64,000 bases of DNA from Candidatus Heimdallarchaeum endolithica (GTDB taxonomy: Archaea; Asgardarchaeota; Heimdallarchaeia; Heimdallarchaeales; Heimdallarchaeaceae). The notes beneath the pieces are model-generated. The model searched no databases. It was not told the DNA's origin and saw nothing but the letters and a program-made list of their open reading frames with translations. The stretch covers positions 2,528,001 to 2,592,000 of the forward strand of contig CP084167.1 in the NCBI GenBank assembly GCA_021513715.1, written 5' to 3'. The translations under genes and the position numbers were made by a program. This document shows positions 56,693 to 64,000 of the stretch, in pieces (position 1 is the first letter of the stretch; every line of letters begins with the position of its first letter).

Positions 56693-59600
56693 ATGGCAAC
56701 GAAAGTAAAAAAACTAAAAACTACAAAAAGGTTGAAGCATAAACCAGCTGTTATTCCTAAAAAAACAAGGAAAATCAAGACCAAAAAAAGTAAGCTCCCT
56801 ATAGTTACTGTAGAGGAAAAGAAATTAAAAGTAAAAAATATTATTTTTACGATTATCTTTGGAGCTTTAACAATTGCAGCATTTTTCTTTAGAAGAATTA
56901 TAAGTAATCTAAATCCTCCATCAGATCCTGTGACAGAGCTTATTATCACAATTGTACGTATGTTTTTAATAGGATTGTTCACATATATTACACTCTTATC
57001 TTTTGAAACTTATAAAGTAAAATTTCATCCTAAACCATTAAGAATATTATTGACGATTATAACATTAATTATATTTTTCCCCTTAACTTTATTCAAGTAT
57101 TATACAAGGCATAATGTTTGGCGAATTATATTTGTAGGAACTACAATTCTCTCACTTTTTATGACCTTCTTTGGGTCGTACCTTACTGGTGTCTTTTATA
57201 GAGATAGTTTAAATGGAGCAGAACCAGATAAGAATCAAATAGATACAAGTTTCTTATCATCCCCTTTTATTATTAATCTTCCAGTTGATATAGAATCTTT
57301 CTTAGATTTATTAAATAATTTAGGTAACCTTGATGATCTTACTTTAGAAACAAGCGTTGCTAATATTACAGCTCAAGATGGTTTTTTAGGTAATTTTCTC
57401 TATCGCTGGGATGTATATGATGAATACAATCCAGATGGGTGGGAATTTGAAAAATCAAATGAAGCAACTTTGTATAACATTCCACAAGATGAGAGAGGAG
57501 AACCTGATGATTTTGATGATGCTACAGATGTAAAAATGTCTATTCAGCAGTCAATTTATACTGCTACAAGCGGTGTGGATATTAGTTTACTTTCAACTTG
57601 GAATTCCATTTATCGTCCTCATATTGATTGGGAAAGTGATTGGAGTGATAATGTAAAAGATCTACAAGGTAATTCAGTAGGTTCTAGTGATACAAGTATT
57701 TACTATGACACTCAAGATCAGCTTCATTTAAAAACAAAAGCAGATAAATCCGATCCGTTAACTCCTTTTCAGGGAACTTTTGAGTATAGTACTTACTTTA
57801 TGTACGAGGATGATGTAGATTATATAATGCAAAACTCTCTTGACTATGAAAATTTAGACAATAATTATATTCAATCAGAGTATTCAGCATTTTTACAAGC
57901 TCCAGAAGGATATTATGATACAATCTCAACAGCTGTTACAAACTTTGCTGATAATGAAATAGGTAGTACAATAGATTCTTCAACTTCGGTTTATGATGTT
58001 GTTAGTAGTGTAATACAAAATGTGCTAAATAAAGGGAATTTAGAAAATATTTTTGGTGCAACAAATGTAGATACTGGAGGAGAAGATCCAGCCAATGTGC
58101 TAGCTAGAAACGAAAATGCACCATCTTCTGCTTACATTTCTCTTACTGTTATGGCTTTGAGAAGACTAGGTATTCCTGCTCGTCCTGTAATGGGTTTTGC
58201 AGTAGGTAGTGGAACTGAGAGTTACAGAGAAATTAAATTGGCAAACTTATACTATTGGGTAGAAGTTTTAATGCCATTAGATACAGATAACGATGGTTCA
58301 ACTGATGAATATCGTTGGGGTCAATTTCAAATAGGCCCATATCCTGTTGATGAATCAACATTTGTTTTTTGTGAAAATAGTCTTAATGCCCAATATGATT
58401 TGGATTTACAAATATTTGAACAAACCCCGGGAGATGTTAGAACAATGTCTTCTGGAGAAGGTGAAATATCTCTTGTTGACCATGGAGTAACATATACTAT
58501 TCAAGTTACTGCAACTAGAAGTGGGAATCCTTCTGAAAACATTCCTATAACCTTAAAATCTTACTCTGCAAGTGAATTACAAGGAGGATTTTCTACTTCC
58601 ATTTTATCTGGTGGAATAGAGATTTCTCAACAACCTGTTTTAACTGATGCTTCTGGTGTCGCGACGTTGTCTTATGAATTTACATCGCAGAATTACTCTA
58701 CATTTGATTTTGCGGATCAAACAGGTACTACATATTTTATTGTAGCTCTTAATGGATTAAATAGTTACTCTGCAAAAGGTGTGGCGATATTTCCTTTTGG
58801 TTATTTAACTGATGTAGTACTAAATGCATCAAAACAAACGATACCTAATCCTCAGAATCCAGCAGAAACGAAAACCTATTACTTGATTCAACAAGGATGG
58901 AAATATGAAATGTTTACTTATCTCTACAAAGATGGGCCTCCCGGAACTGACCCTTTAGAAAATCGGACAGTAAACTATTACCTTTTAACTCCAGAGCAAC
59001 TACAAGATGTGCTTAATGGTGCTACAATAGATCCAGCACAGTTTACCTTAATTGGAAGTGTTACAACAGATCCGAATGGTAACTCTTCAGTTTTTTCAGT
59101 AAATGATACAACTCACTCTGATTATTTTACCTCATTACAAGTGAACACTACATATGCAATTTTTGCTTTATATGGATTAAATTATTCCTATGCGCCAATA
59201 GTGATAATTGATGGATTAATGGCTTCTGTAAGAGTTAATGATACTGTGCTAGATACAGGTGCAGATGGTCCCACAATGTGGGAAGAAATAAATGTGACTC
59301 TTTCCATGCAACCGCCTAATGGATATGTTGAACCTCTTGCAGATGAAGATACATGGCTGTGGATTGTCTATGAGAGTGATTGGCAAGAATATGATGGTTC
59401 AATCGATGGAACAACATATAATTCCACATTAAATTCCTCGACAAGAAGTTATTATATTGGTCATAGAAAAACTGACTCTAACGGACAAATTATAGAAAAC
59501 TACTTGATTGATGTAAATCAACTTGGAGCAGGAAAATTCAAAATTGTTGCTATTTATTCAGAGAGATGGGAAGGTTCAGAAGATATATTTATTATAACTG

Positions 59601-59800
59601 GGCCAGCTTTAAGCATTATTATAAATACAAAAGATACAGTTGTTTTAGACAGCTATAGAACAGATAATCATTTAGTTGCTTTTGTGAGAAGTATAAATGG
59701 TTTCTTTTGTGCAATATTTTCTACTATAGCTCTTGTCATTGCTAAAAAATATTCCTTTTACAAAAAAAGGAACAATTGTGAGAAAAAAAATAATCGGTGA
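56693..59800 (+). CDS. Membrane-anchored transglutaminase-like protein with Ig-like repeats; catalytic triad absent
   Basis: ALRRLGIPARPVMGF and YYWVEV...W..F core; basic N-terminus with about 4 TM helices; TDxxG repeats; C-terminal hydrophobic segment. Confidence 0.75.
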   Translation: MATKVKKLKTTKRLKHKPAVIPKKTRKIKTKKSKLPIVTVEEKKLKVKNIIFTIIFGALTIAAFFFRRIISNLNPPSDPVTELIITIVRMFLIGLFTYITLLSFETYKVKFHPKPLRILLTIITLIIFFPLTLFKYYTRHNVWRIIFVGTTILSLFMTFFGSYLTGVFYRDSLNGAEPDKNQIDTSFLSSPFIINLPVDIESFLDLLNNLGNLDDLTLETSVANITAQDGFLGNFLYRWDVYDEYNPDGWEFEKSNEATLYNIPQDERGEPDDFDDATDVKMSIQQSIYTATSGVDISLLSTWNSIYRPHIDWESDWSDNVKDLQGNSVGSSDTSIYYDTQDQLHLKTKADKSDPLTPFQGTFEYSTYFMYEDDVDYIMQNSLDYENLDNNYIQSEYSAFLQAPEGYYDTISTAVTNFADNEIGSTIDSSTSVYDVVSSVIQNVLNKGNLENIFGATNVDTGGEDPANVLARNENAPSSAYISLTVMALRRLGIPARPVMGFAVGSGTESYREIKLANLYYWVEVLMPLDTDNDGSTDEYRWGQFQIGPYPVDESTFVFCENSLNAQYDLDLQIFEQTPGDVRTMSSGEGEISLVDHGVTYTIQVTATRSGNPSENIPITLKSYSASELQGGFSTSILSGGIEISQQPVLTDASGVATLSYEFTSQNYSTFDFADQTGTTYFIVALNGLNSYSAKGVAIFPFGYLTDVVLNASKQTIPNPQNPAETKTYYLIQQGWKYEMFTYLYKDGPPGTDPLENRTVNYYLLTPEQLQDVLNGATIDPAQFTLIGSVTTDPNGNSSVFSVNDTTHSDYFTSLQVNTTYAIFALYGLNYSYAPIVIIDGLMASVRVNDTVLDTGADGPTMWEEINVTLSMQPPNGYVEPLADEDTWLWIVYESDWQEYDGSIDGTTYNSTLNSSTRSYYIGHRKTDSNGQIIENYLIDVNQLGAGKFKIVAIYSERWEGSEDIFIITGPALSIIINTKDTVVLDSYRTDNHLVAFVRSINGFFCAIFSTIALVIAKKYSFYKKRNNCEKKNNR

Positions 59801-62800
59801 GAACTATGAAGCATTATCAGCACAGAAAAATTTGTACAATTTTTATTTCCTTGGTAATATTGGTATCAAGTTTACCAGTTTATTCATTAAATTATGATAA
59901 GATAATATCTAAAAGTGATAATAGTCTGATATTAAAAGAAAATAGTTTAATTAATCATAAGAATAGAGAAAAAACCAATTCTTATTTTCATTACAGTTCT
60001 CACTTTACTAGAAAAGAAAAAGAACTATTTGATAACTATGGTTATTATCGTTTTCCATTAAAAAATAAGTTATATATTGGTACTTCTGAAACTTCTCTTA
60101 GTTCTGGAACGTCTAGGCTGAAACTGAGTATTAGTTCTCCCACAGAAGGGACAAAACTATTTCGTGGAAACACAATAACTGTTAGTGGTGTTCTTCGCTC
60201 AGCTGCACCAAATGACTTCTGGGACGGAGAAACAGTGGAGCTATATTATAACCTAACTGAAGCTGAATTTAAAGTAGATCCTGATTCTTATCGTAGTTCT
60301 AATTATTATGTTACTTCTGTAGTTACAAATAGCAAAGGAGAATTTACTGCAACAATTAGTACATCTACTCTCTCTACTGATTTTCGTTCAAAGGTTGGAA
60401 ATATCACTATTTTCACGTGGTTCAACGGAGATCCAGAGAAAGGGCGTGGGTCTGGTTCTCCTGGCAGTTCTTATGTGTTTGTTTACGGTGGGTTGAAAAC
60501 AGATGTAACATACTCTGTCACTAACCCTAATCAACCTTATTCATTTACAACACAAATATTGTTTGATAATGATACAGTAGTTCAAACTAGTGGAAGTCAG
60601 TATAACATTAAGGTCACTTGGTTAACGGATAATAGAGTCGATATAAATGGGAATTTTACTTTTGATGCCACAAATTCTCATACTTATTCCAACACTAGTC
60701 CTTCCACAATTCAAACGGTGAAATATGAATCATATTATGATAGTTCCCAACTATCATTGAATTTCTTTGTTGCTGTAGGTGATTCTTCTTTTAGTAATCA
60801 ACTTCTCCATTCTGTAAAACAAGCAGCTACAAGTGAACAAGTAGTTGTATCATCCTATTATGTTACAGGAGCTGGATTAACTGATGCAGATATTTTAATA
60901 CTTCTTGATTCATATATAACAGTTTATGCAAATATCTCTGATTCGTCTGGGTTAGTAGGAGCAGGTTATAATGTCACTCTGGAGTTCTATCATGGAACAA
61001 CTAGATATAATTTAACTACGATAAAAACTAATTCTTCTGGAGCTATTCAAACTAAACACTATGTTGACCATAATAACATTGGTGATATAACTATTAATAA
61101 TGCTTTTTATGTAAGGATGACAGTGAGTGCTTCTGAATTCGGAGGAGCTGATGTTACTCCTGACACTCTTGGGTCAGTTTTACAATCAATAATTAATTCT
61201 ATTAGTATATCCATTTCTAACACAACAGTTTTCTATACTCCTGGTAAATCAATAGCATATACTATAACTGTTAAAGATAATTTTGGTAGAAATGCACCAT
61301 TAGCACAGTTTCAAGTGGACTTTCCAGGGTTAAGTACTATCACTTCTTCAACCAGTTCTTCAGGAACAAAAGCATTGTCTTCTATTATTCCTTCTTATGC
61401 TGTTCACACTCAAACAAAAACAATAAATGTTACAGCATTAAATACTGATGGTGGATCGTATAAATACATTGTTAATGGGACTCCTCAAGACAGTGACACA
61501 TTTAACATTTATTTTGACTTAAGTTTAACACTTAAGGGTCCTTATGATTCTAATATTGTTGATGGTGAGACTGTTTCTTACTTTAATAATACTTATTATT
61601 CATTTTTCCAATCTGGTGATATATATAATCTTACTGTGGTTGATGAATGGGGAAGAAATCCTATTGGTGCACCCTTCTCATTAAATTTTGAAGGACAAAT
61701 CGTTTCTGGTGTTATAACATCAGCTAATAACTTCATTGAGCTAGATCCAGATCTTGATCCTGCTACTGGAGTGGATATTAACGTTCCCACGACAATATCG
61801 TTAGTTGCAGCAGCTGGGGAAGCTAATTACCAGTCCTCAATTTCACATACAGTGACTATATATGGACCTGATCTTGATGCTCCTGTCATTAATGGAGAAA
61901 CCTTGTCTCCTAATCCTTTTACAACAGCTTCACATGAACCATTCTTTAATGTTAGTTTTAGTATAAGTGTTTCAGATGTAGGTAGTGGTGTTAGAAGTGT
62001 AATTATTTACTATCAAGTTATTGAATCTAATGACAGTAGTCTGCTTAACCCAGCAAATTGGATTACTTTAACTCTTACAGATTTAGGTGGAGGTATATGG
62101 TTTGGTTATATTAATGCAACTACTGATTATGCCCTACAATATGTACATTATTATATCGAAGTAAAGGATTATGCAGGTTATGGTTTACAGGAAAATGGAA
62201 CAAGACAACCAACTGCTCAATATGATGAAGATTTTGGATTAACAAGTTATTTGTATAATGAAACATATACTAACTACTACCAACTTGGAGATTATGAACC
62301 TCCTATAGAAGTTGCAGTTCCCTCAACTGTAGACTCTCTTGACCCTAAAAATCCTTATCTTAATATTACTGTTTATGTTAATGATAGTCTTATTTATACT
62401 GGAGTATCTCAAGTTTTAATTTTTATCAATCGAACAGCTGTTGGAGGTACTACTGAAATTAACTGGGTAAATGGGGCCAAAATGACTAACATCCCAGGAA
62501 CAAATGCTTGGTTTTATCAATTGTTAGCTGAATATAATTATCAGTATAGCTGGTACTATATAGCTTATGACAATGCTGAACCATCTCCTGGGACTTATAT
62601 GAGTCAAACATATACATATGATGCGATTGATGATAGTCCCCCAATTATCTATAATATTGATGTTGTTCCTTCTTCTGGTCTTCTGTGGAATAGCACTATG
62701 AACTTTACAATAAGAGTAGATGATGTTCAAAATGAAGTAGAAAATGTTACACTTTTTATTGTTTTGACAGACCCAAATGGTGTTGAAGTGGAAAATGAAG

Positions 62801-63492
62801 CAATAGCTTTAACAGCTCAAACGGGTACAATTATATATGACTATACCCTAAATTTGAGCGATTTTAATTATTCATTATATGGCGGTTACTTGTTAGAATA
62901 TCACTTTTATGTGGAAGATACAGTGGGCAATAATATGAGCACGACAACAATACAATTAGCCATTAGTAATCCTGCACCACCTAATCGTCCTCCTGTTGGG
63001 GATCCAACCAGCCCTGGTAGTGAAACTCCTATAGGCGGTATCGTTGGAGGAGCTGTTGGTGGAATTGTTGCACTTATTGTAATTCTCTTCCTGTGGTTTA
63101 ATAGGCATTCTCTCAGAAGTTATGCACAACAGCAAACACTGAGAAAAAGGCTACGAGACTACCTAAGAGATATATTGGACGATATTAATCGTCTAGGATC
63201 TGAAGGACGATACAAAGAAGCTATTCTAAAAACGTGGCAAGTGATAGAAGGTGTGGGGAGAGAGTTTTTCGATACTCCTAGGTTTAGACATCAAACACCT
63301 ATGGAGTATGCTACCGTTCTTTCCAGAAGAGGAAAGATAGATTTAGCAATCTTAAATACTCTTTCTGAGTATTTTGAAAAAGCAAGATATGGTGCTGAAG
63401 TAATTACTGAAACAGACTTTAATGCAACCATATCTGCATTAATGAAAATAGTTAACCAGCTAGAAGCTGGTGAAATGGAAATAGAAACATAA
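59797..63492 (+). CDS. Large surface glycoprotein with C-terminal TM helix and cytoplasmic DUF4129-like domain
   Basis: Signal peptide, S/T-rich beta repeats with many NxS/T sites, D..PP.I motifs, TM helix, R..HQTP.EY...FEKARYG. Confidence 0.8.
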   Translation: MRTMKHYQHRKICTIFISLVILVSSLPVYSLNYDKIISKSDNSLILKENSLINHKNREKTNSYFHYSSHFTRKEKELFDNYGYYRFPLKNKLYIGTSETSLSSGTSRLKLSISSPTEGTKLFRGNTITVSGVLRSAAPNDFWDGETVELYYNLTEAEFKVDPDSYRSSNYYVTSVVTNSKGEFTATISTSTLSTDFRSKVGNITIFTWFNGDPEKGRGSGSPGSSYVFVYGGLKTDVTYSVTNPNQPYSFTTQILFDNDTVVQTSGSQYNIKVTWLTDNRVDINGNFTFDATNSHTYSNTSPSTIQTVKYESYYDSSQLSLNFFVAVGDSSFSNQLLHSVKQAATSEQVVVSSYYVTGAGLTDADILILLDSYITVYANISDSSGLVGAGYNVTLEFYHGTTRYNLTTIKTNSSGAIQTKHYVDHNNIGDITINNAFYVRMTVSASEFGGADVTPDTLGSVLQSIINSISISISNTTVFYTPGKSIAYTITVKDNFGRNAPLAQFQVDFPGLSTITSSTSSSGTKALSSIIPSYAVHTQTKTINVTALNTDGGSYKYIVNGTPQDSDTFNIYFDLSLTLKGPYDSNIVDGETVSYFNNTYYSFFQSGDIYNLTVVDEWGRNPIGAPFSLNFEGQIVSGVITSANNFIELDPDLDPATGVDINVPTTISLVAAAGEANYQSSISHTVTIYGPDLDAPVINGETLSPNPFTTASHEPFFNVSFSISVSDVGSGVRSVIIYYQVIESNDSSLLNPANWITLTLTDLGGGIWFGYINATTDYALQYVHYYIEVKDYAGYGLQENGTRQPTAQYDEDFGLTSYLYNETYTNYYQLGDYEPPIEVAVPSTVDSLDPKNPYLNITVYVNDSLIYTGVSQVLIFINRTAVGGTTEINWVNGAKMTNIPGTNAWFYQLLAEYNYQYSWYYIAYDNAEPSPGTYMSQTYTYDAIDDSPPIIYNIDVVPSSGLLWNSTMNFTIRVDDVQNEVENVTLFIVLTDPNGVEVENEAIALTAQTGTIIYDYTLNLSDFNYSLYGGYLLEYHFYVEDTVGNNMSTTTIQLAISNPAPPNRPPVGDPTSPGSETPIGGIVGGAVGGIVALIVILFLWFNRHSLRSYAQQQTLRKRLRDYLRDILDDINRLGSEGRYKEAILKTWQVIEGVGREFFDTPRFRHQTPMEYATVLSRRGKIDLAILNTLSEYFEKARYGAEVITETDFNATISALMKIVNQLEAGEMEIET

Positions 63493-63502
63493 GGTGAATA
63501 AA

Positions 63503-64000
63503 ATGTTTGGATGGGCAAAAAAGAGAAAAAGGTTAAAAAAATTAGATCAACTGTTTAATTCTGCTATGGCCGATGTAAGAATATTTGAGCAAAGGCAAGA
63601 CTATCGCGGAGCAGTAATTGCTTCATTTGGGGGGCTTACGAGTATTGCTGAGAACTTAATCAATCTTACAAGAGCTCCACATCAGACAGGTAGAGAATTT
63701 GGCATGCAAGTTGCAGAACAAGCAAATATCTCTACTGAAGTCATGGACGAATTTCTTACATCTTTTGAAATAGCTCGATATACTGAAAGAGAAATAGGTT
63801 ATGATGATTATCAAGAGGCTGTACAACGATTGGATGTTTGTTTTAGAGGTATACGAGAACAAGGTATTCAAGAAATAACTGAAGAAACATCTTCAAAGAA
63901 AGAAAAGAAACAGAAAATAAAAACAGCTAAAAAAGAAACAGCTAAAAAGGAAATAGCTAAAGTAAAAGCTAGTAAGCAATTAAAAACTAGAAAACAGTTG
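63503..64000 (+). CDS. Soluble DUF4129-like protein with Lys-rich tail (runs off the window)
   Basis: Hand-translated MFGWAKKRKR...DYRGAVIA...R.PHQTGREF...FEIARY...TAKKETAKKE; AGGTGA upstream. Not in the ORF track. Confidence 0.75.
   Translation, partial: MFGWAKKRKRLKKLDQLFNSAMADVRIFEQRQDYRGAVIASFGGLTSIAENLINLTRAPHQTGREFGMQVAEQANISTEVMDEFLTSFEIARYTEREIGYDDYQEAVQRLDVCFRGIREQGIQEITEETSSKKEKKQKIKTAKKETAKKEIAKVKASKQLKTRKQL

Noticed and set aside
63656-63871. 71-aa minus-strand ORF
   Set aside because: Antisense to the DUF4129-like gene starting at 63503.

Overview
AT-rich archaeal chromosomal window, most likely from an Asgard archaeon (Heimdallarchaeia-like). This is inferred from archaeal core genes (dnaG, L40e, hjc, pelota, trm5, cdc48, SRP RNA) together with several eukaryotic-signature-like proteins: a roadblock/MglA pair, longin-like proteins, a Rab-like GTPase, an alpha-SNAP-like TPR protein, and V4R/Bet3-like and C2-like proteins. 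Metabolic genes include molybdopterin synthesis, a WtpABC tungstate transporter, NfnAB, FrhB and CofE. Elements missed by the ORF track: rpl40e, the SRP RNA, tRNA-Val(CAC), and a three-hairpin H/ACA-type guide RNA whose first pocket matches the 23S rRNA peptidyl-transferase region. There are three intact IS elements (IS481, IS6, IS5 families) with readable TIRs and TSDs, all sharing a G-rich 5' half and C-rich 3' half, plus a candidate 110-bp MITE. The right end carries a 16-kb envelope system: PrsW protease, DUF4129, DUF4350, MoxR, DUF58, a catalytically dead transglutaminase-like protein and a large surface protein, interrupted by thyX. No CRISPR array or rRNA gene was seen. All family calls come from motif recognition by eye, not database searches.
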